Assembly: GCF_014490785.1 (NCBI RefSeq)
Contig: NZ_CP051489.1
Coordinates: 1,859 to 25,858 of the forward strand
Direction: 5' to 3'
DNA length: 24,000 bases
From: Kosakonia sp. SMBL-WEM22
GTDB taxonomy: Bacteria; Pseudomonadota; Gammaproteobacteria; Enterobacterales; Enterobacteriaceae
The translations under genes and the position numbers were made by a program. A model generated the notes under the pieces. That model was not told the origin of the DNA, searched no databases, and was given only the letters and a program-made list of their open reading frames with translations. Shown here in pieces: positions 15,824-24,000 of this stretch (the first letter of the stretch is position 1; every line of letters starts with the position of its first letter).

Positions 15824-16312
15824 TTAACAGGATAATTTTCGAATAACTTCGTTCTGAACTTCTGATGGTAAAGATTCAACCATATTAACTATAGCAGTAA
15901 CAGTCTGTCTTTCTGTTGTCGTAAGATTGATGCCATCATCATCTCCGGTTGGCAATATAAAAATCTTGGCGTTTATGTGAAGCGTACGATTTGCATGGAA
16001 AAAAACTTCTTCCATAACTTCGTGAATTTCAGATAATTGTGCTTTATTTGGTGCCTGGCGGAATCGCTGGAGAACGCGCTCAGTTTTCTTACCATCAAGG
16101 TCATCAGCCACAAGATATGAATCAAAATCAATGTCTTTGTAGCCAATATATTTGCTCGGAGCGAAATACCACTTCATATTAACATAGCATGCATACCAAC
16201 ACCGTACAAAACTCAAACGCTCTGTCATTTCATGTTCTGGATACTTTTTAATTTCATCATACCAGTAGACAATGTTACGAACAGCTTCGGAAGGACAATC
16301 GATAAGTTCCAT
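15824..16312 (-). CDS. Hypothetical 162-aa protein with no recognised family
   Basis: Clean ATG ORF in the AT-rich segment, convergent with 14605-15396. No obvious SD sequence. Contains WYFAPSKYIGYKD...DGKKTERVL. Confidence 0.6.
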   Translation of the reverse strand: MELIDCPSEAVRNIVYWYDEIKKYPEHEMTERLSFVRCWYACYVNMKWYFAPSKYIGYKDIDFDSYLVADDLDGKKTERVLQRFRQAPNKAQLSEIHEVMEEVFFHANRTLHINAKIFILPTGDDDGINLTTTERQTVTAIVNMVESLPSEVQNEVIRKLSC

Positions 16313-16582
16313 AATTTTAGGCTATTAACTCTGTGGGGTGTGCGATCACTCTATACAGAATTATGAATGCCGTCAATGGTTCATAATGTACATAATTTAA
16401 TTGACTGATCTCTATGTCAATTTTATCATCAACGAGCCAGATGTTTTAAGCTCACGCGGTCGTGTCATGCACACAGACCTGAAAGAGCAGGAAGTTAGAA
16501 AGTAGGCATACACGTTTTAGTTCCACGTACATTGAATTACACCTGTTTGTGTAGTCAATTTGAGCAGACCACAAAAGTGGCT

Positions 16583-16607
16583 ACTTCCGCACCTCGCTCA
16601 TAGCGGA
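16583..16607. repeat. 25-nt hairpin-forming repeat, copy R2
   Basis: acttccgcacctcgctcatagcgga. It ends 1 nt before the IS3-family left inverted repeat. Confidence 0.7.
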
Positions 16608-16679
16608 CTGACCTGCTACCCGTTGATTAACGCACCACGATGTTAGTAATGTCTTCATAAGCCACATGAGGACATCCCC

Positions 16680-16943
16680 ATGAAGAAGCGTTTTTCCGAC
16701 GAACAGATCATCAGTATTCTCCGCGAGGCAGAAGCCGGGGTTTCAGCCCGGGAACTCTGCCGTAAGCATGCTATTTCAGACGCTACCTTTTACACCTGGC
16801 GCAAGAAGTTTGGTGGCATGGAAGTTCCCGAAGTGAAGCGGCTCAAGTCGCTTGAAGAGGAGAACGCCCGCCTCAAGAAGCTGCTCGCTGAAGCCATGCT
16901 GGATAAGGAGGCGCTTCAGGTAGCTCTTGGCCGAAAGTTCTGA
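16680..16943 (+). CDS. IS3-family transposase OrfA (HTH)
   Basis: [47 protein letters not shown]... followed by a leucine-zipper-like region, typical of IS407-group OrfA. Confidence 0.9.
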   Translation: MKKRFSDEQIISILREAEAGVSARELCRKHAISDATFYTWRKKFGGMEVPEVKRLKSLEEENARLKKLLAEAMLDKEALQVALGRKF

Positions 16944-16966
16944 CGACAGACCAGAAGCGGGAAGCC

Positions 16967-17800
16967 GTGGAAGTCATGTGTGAGGCCGCAGGTCTGTCGC
17001 AACGTCGTGCCTGCAGGCTGGCAGGTTTGTCCCTGTCGACCTGCCGTTACTCGGCTCAGCGTTCGGCTGCTGACGCGCAGCTGTCTCTACGCATCACAGA
17101 GCTGGCACTTGAGCGCCGCCGCTTTGGTTACCGGCGCATCTGGCATCTACTGCGTCGGGAAGGCCTTCACGTCAACCACAAGCGGGTATACCGCATCTAT
17201 CATCTCAACGGCCTGAGTGTAAAACGCAGGCGACGCCGCAAGGGACTGGCGACTGAGCGGCTTCCGCTTCTTCGTCCGGATGCGCCGAACCTGACATGGT
17301 CGATGGATTTTGTCATGGATGCACTTGCCAGCGGCCGCAGGATGAAGTGCCTGACCTGCGTGGATGATTTCACGAAGGAGTGTCTGACGATCACCAGGGC
17401 ATTCGGGATCACAGGCGTTCAGGTGACACGTATTCTGGACAGCATTGCGTTGTTTCGTGGCTATCCTGCAACGATAAGAACCGATCAGGGCCCGGAGTTC
17501 ACCTGCCGCGCGCTCGATCAATGGGCCTTTGAACATGGTGTTGAGTTGCGCTTAATCCAGCCGGGCAAGCCAACGCAAAACGGATTTATTGAGAGTTTCA
17601 ATGGCCGCTTTCGGGATGAATGCCTGAATGAGCACTGGTTCAGCGATATTCTACATGCCCGGGCAATAATTAATGACTGGCGGCAGGATTATAACGAGTG
17701 TCGACCACATTCATCGCTGAATTACCTCACGCCGGCTGAATTTGCAGCGGGCTGGCGAAACGGGAAATTTGAAGAAAAACCAACTGACATTACTAACTGA
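16967..17800 (+). CDS. IS3-family transposase OrfB (DDE integrase core), expressed as an OrfAB fusion by -1 frameshift
   Basis: The -1 frame is open from 16922 (..[17 protein letters not shown]..), overlapping the end of orfA. DDE-region motifs are [15 protein letters not shown] and [13 protein letters not shown]. Confidence 0.9.
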   Translation: MEVMCEAAGLSQRRACRLAGLSLSTCRYSAQRSAADAQLSLRITELALERRRFGYRRIWHLLRREGLHVNHKRVYRIYHLNGLSVKRRRRRKGLATERLPLLRPDAPNLTWSMDFVMDALASGRRMKCLTCVDDFTKECLTITRAFGITGVQVTRILDSIALFRGYPATIRTDQGPEFTCRALDQWAFEHGVELRLIQPGKPTQNGFIESFNGRFRDECLNEHWFSDILHARAIINDWRQDYNECRPHSSLNYLTPAEFAAGWRNGKFEEKPTDITN

Positions 17801-18346
17801 AGGTTGTATCTAATCCTAGGGGCAGGTCACCCTTAAGCTAAATATTATCCTTTCATATAAAGCGCTTTCTCAGCGCGGCCAGTAAAAGAAAATCCTCTTT
17901 CTTTCATGAATATTTCAGTGCGTTATTAGAGACGTCCTCCATAAAAACAGCCTGCTGTTCTCCGGAATTTATGCCAGCTATCAATACTTGTTTGTACTGG
18001 AATCAGAATAATCTGTATATGCAGAATAATGGTGGTTTTCCGGGAAGTTTCTTATTGGTATATTTGCACCGCGCGCGCGTCGTTTGTATATGGCCTTTAT
18101 TGCCGCTTCGCTACCTGACATTTCCTGATAGGGCTTAACCTCTGCGGAGGCTTCGCCGGCGGTAGCCATATTATGAAATTTCAGCCCTGCAATATGAAAT
18201 TAACTAAAACTGCAATGAGTTTCTGCTGTGCGGCCGGAAGCGTGAAAGTATGCGTCATTTACTGCTGTGCTGTGATCTACGGGGCATAGCCAGATGGATG
18301 TCTCCGGCTCTGGTTTGCAGCGCATATACACATAGGGATGGAAGTT

Positions 18347-20275
18347 ATGCTTAACCGAATCACCGTTCAGCTCCCGGTCGAGGGGCTGCTTTTCTGGAAG
18401 CTTACCGGGCGCGAGTCGCTGTCGGAGCCGTTCATGTTCACCCTGGCGCTGCTTGGGACTGACGCGCGTACCGACCGCAGCGCGCTGCTGGGCAAGCCGG
18501 TGACGGTGACCATCCCGACTCAGGCCCTGATGACGCCGCGTTACCTCAACGGTAAGGTGACTCGAGTTGCGGTAAGCGCGGTGGAGATGTCGGGTACCCG
18601 CTATGCGGCCTACGAGCTGACGGTGGAGCCGGACCTGTGGCCGATGCAGCGTGACCGCAATCTGCGCATCTTCCAGGGGCAGACGGTGCCGCAGATAGTG
18701 AAAACGCTGCTGGGCGAGAGCCAGGTGAACGTCGAGGAGCGGCTCTCCGGCAGTTACCGGGTCTGGGAGTACTGCGTGCAGTATCAGGAGAGCAGCCTCG
18801 ACTTCATGAGTCGCCTGCTGGAGCTGGAGGGCATCACTTATCACTTCCGCCATGAGCAGGACCGCCACACGCTGGTGCTTACCGATGCCCCCGGCCAGTA
18901 CAAGCCTTTTCCCGGCTACGAGGCTATTCCGTACCACGTGACGCCATCAGGCGGTACAACGGATGAAGAGGGTATCAGCCAGTGGGCGCTGCAGGATAAC
19001 GTGACTCCGGGCATCTACAGCCTCGACGACTACGACTTCCGCAAGCCGAACGCGTGGCTGTTCCAGGCGCGGCAGAACCCAAAATCGCCACAGCCAGGGA
19101 GCATTGACGTCTATGACTGGCCGGGCCGGTTTGTGGAGCACGGTCACGGGGAGTTCTATGCCCGCATCCGCCAGGAGAGATGGCAGGTGGAGCACCGCCA
19201 GACGCGGGGCGCAGCGACAGCGCTCGGCATCGCGCCGGGGCACACATTCGTGCTGCACAACGCCCCGTTCTTCGGTGACAACGGGGAATACCTTACCACG
19301 GCGGCGCAATATCACTTCGAGGAGAACCGCTACGCGAGCGGGGCGGACAGCAATACGGTGCACGAAACGCATTTTGAGGTGATACCGGCGGACGTGCCGT
19401 ACCGCCCGGCGCAGAAGACGCCGTGGCCGCGTACGTACGGCCCGCAGACTGCGAAGGTGGTGGGCCCGCAGGGCGAGAGCATCTGGACGGACAAATATGG
19501 TCGGGTGAAGGTGAAATTCCACTGGGACCGGCTGTCGAAGGGCGACGACACCAGCTCGAGCTGGGTGCGCGTGTCGAGCGCATGGGCGGGTCAGGGCTTC
19601 GGTGGCGTACAGATACCGCGCGTGGGTGACGAAGTGGTTGTGGACTTCATCAACGGCGACCCGGACCGCCCGCTGATAACGGGGCGCGTATACAACGAGG
19701 CGAGCATGCCGCCGTGGTCGCTGCCGGCGGCGGCGACGCAGATGGGTTTTTTAAGCCGCTCGAAGGACGGCTCGCCGGACAACGCCAACGCCCTGCGCTT
19801 CGAGGATAAAGCCGGTGCCGAGCAGGTGTGGCTACAGGCCGAGCGCAACCTTGATACGAGCATCAAGAAAGACGAGACTCACAGCGTCGGCGGTTCGCAG
19901 TTGCTTTCCATCAAGCAGGACTACACCGGCAAAGTGGAAGGAAAACACGAGCACGCGATTCAGATGACCCGCAACGAGCTGGTCGGCGGCCAGTACGACA
20001 TTAAAGGCCAGGGGATGGTGACTATCTCTTCCGCAACAGGCATCCGTCTGGTGACGGGCGATTCCGTGCTGGAGATGGGCTCGAACGGCCAGGTCAACCT
20101 TTACTGTACTAAGTTTGCGATCAATGCCAGCGGTACGGGGCAAATCAACACCGGCGGTACGCTCGATCTGAATCTCAAGGATCCGGACAAAGCGACAAAC
20201 GTGGCGCCGACACCCGCAGATATTCAGAACGAAGTGGCAAAAACTTTTACCCCTGACGGAGAAGGGCAGGCATGA
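18347..20275 (+). CDS. vgrG: Type VI secretion spike protein VgrG (TssI) with no C-terminal effector extension
   Basis: MLNRITVQLPVEGLLFWKLTGRESLSEPF..., then the gp27/gp5-like core (VRVSSAWAGQGFGGVQIPRVGDEVVVDFINGDPDRPLITGRVYN) and beta-helix repeats. An alternative ATG lies at 18338. Confidence 0.92.
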   Translation: MLNRITVQLPVEGLLFWKLTGRESLSEPFMFTLALLGTDARTDRSALLGKPVTVTIPTQALMTPRYLNGKVTRVAVSAVEMSGTRYAAYELTVEPDLWPMQRDRNLRIFQGQTVPQIVKTLLGESQVNVEERLSGSYRVWEYCVQYQESSLDFMSRLLELEGITYHFRHEQDRHTLVLTDAPGQYKPFPGYEAIPYHVTPSGGTTDEEGISQWALQDNVTPGIYSLDDYDFRKPNAWLFQARQNPKSPQPGSIDVYDWPGRFVEHGHGEFYARIRQERWQVEHRQTRGAATALGIAPGHTFVLHNAPFFGDNGEYLTTAAQYHFEENRYASGADSNTVHETHFEVIPADVPYRPAQKTPWPRTYGPQTAKVVGPQGESIWTDKYGRVKVKFHWDRLSKGDDTSSSWVRVSSAWAGQGFGGVQIPRVGDEVVVDFINGDPDRPLITGRVYNEASMPPWSLPAAATQMGFLSRSKDGSPDNANALRFEDKAGAEQVWLQAERNLDTSIKKDETHSVGGSQLLSIKQDYTGKVEGKHEHAIQMTRNELVGGQYDIKGQGMVTISSATGIRLVTGDSVLEMGSNGQVNLYCTKFAINASGTGQINTGGTLDLNLKDPDKATNVAPTPADIQNEVAKTFTPDGEGQA

Positions 20276-20703
20276 GCAACGTGAAATATACGCTATCAGA
20301 AGGGACGCTGACGCTGCCGGAAGCGGTGCAGGATCGCAGCATGACAATATTGTCACTACCGAAAGCGGGCGCGTCGCTGGTGCTGACCCGTGCATGGGAC
20401 GTGAAGCCTGGCGACGAAGAGGCGTACCTGAAAAGCCAGGTCGCTAAAATCAAACGCGACATGAAGAAGTTTACCGGCGGAGAGGTGCAGGCCACCCAGG
20501 TCGGTGGCCGGCCCGCACAGGAAGTCGCCCTGCGTTTTGAAAACCACGGCGTAACGGTTCATGAACAGCTGGCGACCACGATGCTTGACGATCATCTACT
20601 GGTGATGGCCATGAGCCGCACCGCGCCGTTTGATGAAGACGCGCTGGCGTTATGGGAATCCATTAAAGCGGGTCTGGAGTTTATGCCAGGGGAAGGAGCA
20701 TAA
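20272..20703 (+). CDS. eagR: DUF1795/DcrB-like Eag-family T6SS effector chaperone
   Basis: 4-nt ATGA overlap with vgrG. 143 aa. MSNVKYTLSEGTLTLPEAVQDRSMTILSLP... matches the Eag pattern (x-EG-x-L-x-LP...D-x-S). It sits immediately upstream of a prePAAR Rhs gene. Confidence 0.82.
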   Translation: MSNVKYTLSEGTLTLPEAVQDRSMTILSLPKAGASLVLTRAWDVKPGDEEAYLKSQVAKIKRDMKKFTGGEVQATQVGGRPAQEVALRFENHGVTVHEQLATTMLDDHLLVMAMSRTAPFDEDALALWESIKAGLEFMPGEGA

Positions 20704-20705
20704 GC

Positions 20706-23700
20706 GTGTCCCAACCGTTAGCTGCCCGTTATCAGGATCCACTCATCCATAGCTCTCTGCTCGCCGACGTTGTCAGCGGTGTGATCGAAGGGGCCATCTG
20801 TCTTGCCGCCTTTACCGCGGGTACGGCAATGATGACGACCGGGCTTGGCACGGTCGCGGGCGTTGCATTGATTGCCGTTGTCTTCACCAGCGGCGTCGCG
20901 GAGGAAGCAGGCGATATGGTCGGCCAGGGTGTCGATGCCGTGCTGGATTTCTTCGGCTGGCGTGGACCACCGGATGCCCTTATTACCAGTGGCTCGCACA
21001 ACGTTCATATCATGGACCTCCCTGCCGCCCGTGCGGCGGGCACGGTCGATCATGATTATCTCAATACACCTATCCCGGAAGAGAGCTTTTCCGATAAAGC
21101 GAAAGCGTTTGCCATAAACACGGCCGTTACCATTCTCGAAGTGGCGCAGTTTACGCTGCACCCGGTTGATAATCTGGCGGCGGGAGTAAACGCGATTGCC
21201 AGCAGTGGCTGGCAGGGCGTGAAAAATTTTGCGGGCAGCGTCTGGGATAACTTAACCCAGCCGGTCGTGGCGGGGGCCAGCCCTTTTGCTAAAGAAGCGC
21301 CGCTGGATACCGTTGAGTGTACCAAAGGCCATACGGTTACTGGCGGTAGCTTCCTGGCGGAAGGCTCGAAAAAGGTGCTGATCAACGGTCAGCCTGCTTG
21401 TCGTGACGGCGATCGCAGTACCTGCGAAGCAAAGATAAAAGTTAAAGAGAACACGCGCGTGCGCATCGGCGGCGAGAGCATTGTGGTGCGCGATATCCGC
21501 AGCGGTGAAAATTTCTGGGCGCGGCTTATTGGTAACGCCATCGGCAGCCTCGGGCCGGGAATTATTCGCAATCTCAGTAAAGGCCTGCTGAAGACGATTT
21601 TCAGCCGCCAGATACTCAAGGCGTTTTGCTGTCAGCTCGCCGGCGATCTCGGAATGGGACTAGCCACGCTCGGGATGATCCAGGCCGGGAAGGTTGGCAG
21701 CGAAGCGCGCCACACGCAGCACCCGGTGGATATCGCCAGCGGTGCGAAAATTCTTGCGGGCGAGGAAGACCGCGATTTCACGCTCGAAGATCGTATTCCG
21801 CTTATCTGGCAGCGCATCTACAACAGCCGCAATCTCGCGACCGGTATGCTCGGCACCGGCTGGCTGCTGCCGTTCGAGACCCGCTTCTTCCGCCTTGAGG
21901 ACAATACGTTTATCTGGCGCGATATGTCAGGCCGCGATCTGGGCTTTGGCGAGCTGACCCCCGGCGACGTGGTGGATTATCTCGAAGATGGTATCACGCT
22001 CTATTACACCGTGACCGGTACGCTGATGCTCCAGATGGCGAACGGTGAATACCATGTCTATGAGCCGGACCCGACGAACCCCGGCGAATGGCGCCTGTTC
22101 CGCATCTACGATCGTCACGAGAACTGTCAGCACTACGCCTGGGACGAGCACGGCAAACTGGTGCGGATTTCCGGTGACAATGAATCGCTGGATGTCGAGC
22201 TTGCCTATGAGAAACAGCATGGCCGTCTCGCCAGCGTACATCAGGTTTGCGCAGGCGAGCGCCGCCTGCTGGTCACTTACGGCTATAACGAACACGGCCA
22301 GCTAACCGACGTGACCGACGCCGACGGCATCGTCACGCGCCGCTTCGGCTGGGACCGCGCCAGCGACATGATGGGCTGGCACAGCTACTCCACCAACCTC
22401 AGCGTGCATTATCAGTGGCAGCCCGCCGCCGATGCGCCCAACTGGCGCGTGTGCAGTTATCAGGTGCTGGATGACCAGGATAACGTGCTGGAGCGCTGGC
22501 GCATCGATGCCGACGAGGCGAAACGCTGCGCGACGGTGAGCTGCGACGCGGGCTTCTCAACGCGCCACTGCTGGGATTTCCTCTATCGCATCACCGAGTT
22601 CACCGACCGCAACGGCGGCGTGTGGCGCTACGAGTGGGCGGACTACGCCGAACTGCTGAAGGCGGCCACCACGCCGGACGGCAGCCGCTGGGAATACGGC
22701 TACGACGAGCACGGCAACCTGACGGAAGTGCGCGACCCGCTCGGCAACAGGACGTTCACCACCTGGCACCCGGTTTTCGCGTTCCCGCTGAAGGAGGTGC
22801 TGCCGGACGGCGGCACCTGGCAGTATGAGTACAACGCGCGCGGCGACGTGGTCTCGCTCACTGACCCGAAAGGCGGCGTGACGCGCTTTGAGTGGAACGA
22901 GCAGGGCGACCTGGTGAAGCAGACGGACGCGCTGGAGAACACGCACCGTTTCTGGTGGAACGAGCGCGGACAGCTGGTGCGCGACGAGGACTGCTCCGGC
23001 AACCAGAGCCACCGGCTGTACGACGCGGCGGGACGGCCGCTGAGCGCGGGCGACGCCGAAGGCAACACCGACCGCTGGACGCTGAGCGCGGCGGGGCGTC
23101 TGCAGACCTGGCGACGGGCGGACGGCCGCGAGACGCACTACGAATATGACAGCGCCGGGCTGCTGTGCGGGCAGGACGACGACGGGCTGCGCGAGCGTAA
23201 AGTCACGCGCAACGCGCGCGGGCAGGTGGTGAGCGCCGCCGACCCGGCGGGTCATCTCACGCACCTGCGCTACGACCGCCTGGGCCGCCTGACGACGCTG
23301 ATTAACCCGAACCGCGAGAGCTGGCGGTTTGAGTATGACGCCACGGGCCGGCTGACGGGCCAGCGCGACTACGCGGGCCGCCTGACGGAGTACCGCCACG
23401 ACGCGCTGGGCCAGGTGACGGAGGTGATTCGCCATCCGCTGCCGGGCAGCCAGGAGGCGCCGCTGGTCACCGCGTTTGAGTATGACGTGCTGGGGCGCCT
23501 GACCGCGCGGGAAACCGCCGACCACCGCACCGAGTACCGTCACGACACGCTGTCGCTGGAAATTCGCCGCGCCACCCGCGCCGAATGGCGCACCGCGCTG
23601 CTGGAAGAGCGCGAACCGCAGTGGGACGCCGTACTGGTCTTCACCCGCAATGCCGCGGGCGAGCTGGTGAGCGAGGAGAACCACGGCGGGACGTTTGAGT

Positions 23701-24000
23701 ACGAGTACGACGCGCTCGGCAACCTCAGCAGCACGCGTTTCCCGGACGGACGCGAGCTGGCGGCGCTGCGCTACGGCACCGGGCACCTGCTGGAGATGCA
23801 GCTGCGCCACGGCGGAGCGACGCACACGCTGGCGGCCTATGGCCGAGACCGCCTGCACCGGGAAATCTCCCGCAGCCAGGGCGTGCTCTCGCAGGAGACC
23901 CGTTACGACACCGCGGGGCGCATCACCCAGCGTACGGTGCTGGACGCCCGCCGGGAGCTGGTGTTCGAGCGCCGCTACCGCTGGGACCGCACCGACCAGA
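20706..24000 (+). CDS. rhs: Rhs-family T6SS effector, 5' part (prePAAR motif, TM helices, PAAR, YD-repeat shell); continues beyond the window
   Basis: GTG 20706 lies 7 nt after GGAAGGAG. prePAAR AARYQDPLIH at nt 20721-20750. Hydrophobic helices at about 20757-20900. PAAR-like region at about 21310-21490 (GHTVTGGSF...INGQPACRDGDRSTC). Many YD repeats follow (YEYDSAGLL, FEYDATGRL, YRHDALGQV, YEYDALGNL). No stop before 24000, so it is absent from the ORF track. Confidence 0.93.
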   Translation, partial: MSQPLAARYQDPLIHSSLLADVVSGVIEGAICLAAFTAGTAMMTTGLGTVAGVALIAVVFTSGVAEEAGDMVGQGVDAVLDFFGWRGPPDALITSGSHNVHIMDLPAARAAGTVDHDYLNTPIPEESFSDKAKAFAINTAVTILEVAQFTLHPVDNLAAGVNAIASSGWQGVKNFAGSVWDNLTQPVVAGASPFAKEAPLDTVECTKGHTVTGGSFLAEGSKKVLINGQPACRDGDRSTCEAKIKVKENTRVRIGGESIVVRDIRSGENFWARLIGNAIGSLGPGIIRNLSKGLLKTIFSRQILKAFCCQLAGDLGMGLATLGMIQAGKVGSEARHTQHPVDIASGAKILAGEEDRDFTLEDRIPLIWQRIYNSRNLATGMLGTGWLLPFETRFFRLEDNTFIWRDMSGRDLGFGELTPGDVVDYLEDGITLYYTVTGTLMLQMANGEYHVYEPDPTNPGEWRLFRIYDRHENCQHYAWDEHGKLVRISGDNESLDVELAYEKQHGRLASVHQVCAGERRLLVTYGYNEHGQLTDVTDADGIVTRRFGWDRASDMMGWHSYSTNLSVHYQWQPAADAPNWRVCSYQVLDDQDNVLERWRIDADEAKRCATVSCDAGFSTRHCWDFLYRITEFTDRNGGVWRYEWADYAELLKAATTPDGSRWEYGYDEHGNLTEVRDPLGNRTFTTWHPVFAFPLKEVLPDGGTWQYEYNARGDVVSLTDPKGGVTRFEWNEQGDLVKQTDALENTHRFWWNERGQLVRDEDCSGNQSHRLYDAAGRPLSAGDAEGNTDRWTLSAAGRLQTWRRADGRETHYEYDSAGLLCGQDDDGLRERKVTRNARGQVVSAADPAGHLTHLRYDRLGRLTTLINPNRESWRFEYDATGRLTGQRDYAGRLTEYRHDALGQVTEVIRHPLPGSQEAPLVTAFEYDVLGRLTARETADHRTEYRHDTLSLEIRRATRAEWRTALLEEREPQWDAVLVFTRNAAGELVSEENHGGTFEYEYDALGNLSSTRFPDGRELAALRYGTGHLLEMQLRHGGATHTLAAYGRDRLHREISRSQGVLSQETRYDTAGRITQRTVLDARRELVFERRYRWDRTDQ

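Larger units (their letters stand above)
16609..17829 (+). mobile_element. IS3-family insertion sequence (IS407 group, IS1222-like), 1221 bp
   Basis: IRL is TGACCTGCTACCCGTTGATTA... at 16609. IRR (reverse complement) is TGACCTGCCCCTAGGATTAGA..., ending at 17829. orfA and orfB lie in the 0 and -1 frames. The 1221-bp length equals what I remember for IS1222. Flanks GGAC and CCCT show no target duplication. Confidence 0.9.

Noticed and set aside
17981-18169. 62-aa minus-strand ORF between the IS3 element and vgrG
   Set aside because: No recognisable motif, no clear RBS and no partner gene. The coding status cannot be supported from sequence alone.
18215-18289. 24-codon Cys-rich hydrophobic mini-ORF (MSFCCAAGSVKVCVIYCCAVIYGA) just upstream of vgrG; considered as a type I toxin or leader peptide
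   Set aside because: No Shine-Dalgarno sequence, no flanking antisense-RNA-like structure, and it is short enough to arise by chance. Noted only for completeness.
18200-19583. 245-aa, 191-aa and smaller ORFs antisense to vgrG
   Set aside because: Same GC-driven artefact. The plus frame is an unmistakable VgrG.
22557-23858. 433-aa ORF antisense to the Rhs gene
   Set aside because: This is a GC-rich antisense artefact (repetitive VA/RR/QR low-complexity translation). The plus frame encodes canonical YD repeats continuously from 20706.
1-24000. Search by eye for CRISPR arrays, tRNA/tmRNA genes (T-loop GGTTCGAATCC-like motifs), rRNA and long tandem repeats
   Set aside because: I found none. 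No regularly spaced direct repeats and no tRNA-like cloverleaf signatures were seen. A proper tRNAscan or CRISPR-finder run would be needed to be certain.

Overview
This window looks like a mosaic accessory region of an Enterobacterales-type chromosome. That taxonomic guess rests on a 1221-bp IS3/IS407-group element, a Salmonella/Shigella-type VapBC pair and a VgrG-Eag-prePAAR-Rhs T6SS cargo module. Composition changes sharply several times: spot counts of single 60-nt lines give about 32-47% GC in the AT-rich blocks and about 63-72% GC in the GC-rich blocks.

Modules from left to right:
- (1) 1-3.9 kb: a mostly minus-strand recombinase module. It holds a 3'-partial Cys/His-rich protein with a nuclease-like C-terminus, a short tyrosine recombinase translationally coupled to a 158-aa unknown, two further small unknowns, and one plus-strand 147-aa unknown (1362-1805).
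- (2) 4.24-4.43 kb: a decayed copy of the vapB leader and 5' end.
- (3) 4.5-8.3 kb: an AT-rich three-gene sugar locus (cytoplasmic BNR-4/beta-propeller-like enzyme, LacY-family MFS symporter, KdgM-family porin) with a CRP-like site and no regulator gene.
- (4) 8.5-13.0 kb: a GC-rich block carrying an RHH-domain 361-aa protein translationally coupled to a soluble KAP-family P-loop NTPase, followed by intact vapBC.
- (5) 13.0-14.6 kb: an IS110-family element with a long 5' non-coding arm.
- (6) 14.6-16.4 kb: an AT-rich stretch with two convergent orphan genes and an IS630-like transposase remnant, bracketed by a 25-nt hairpin repeat.
- (7) 16.6-17.8 kb: the IS3-family element.
- (8) 18.3-24.0 kb: vgrG, a DUF1795/Eag chaperone gene, and a prePAAR-TMD-PAAR Rhs effector that runs off the right edge.

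The best candidate for an undescribed system is the RHH + KAP NTPase pair at 8545-11887. Secondary candidates are the orphan genes at 14605-15396 and 15824-16312. I saw no tRNA, rRNA or CRISPR array. All family assignments come from motif-level reading of the translations, not from database searches.
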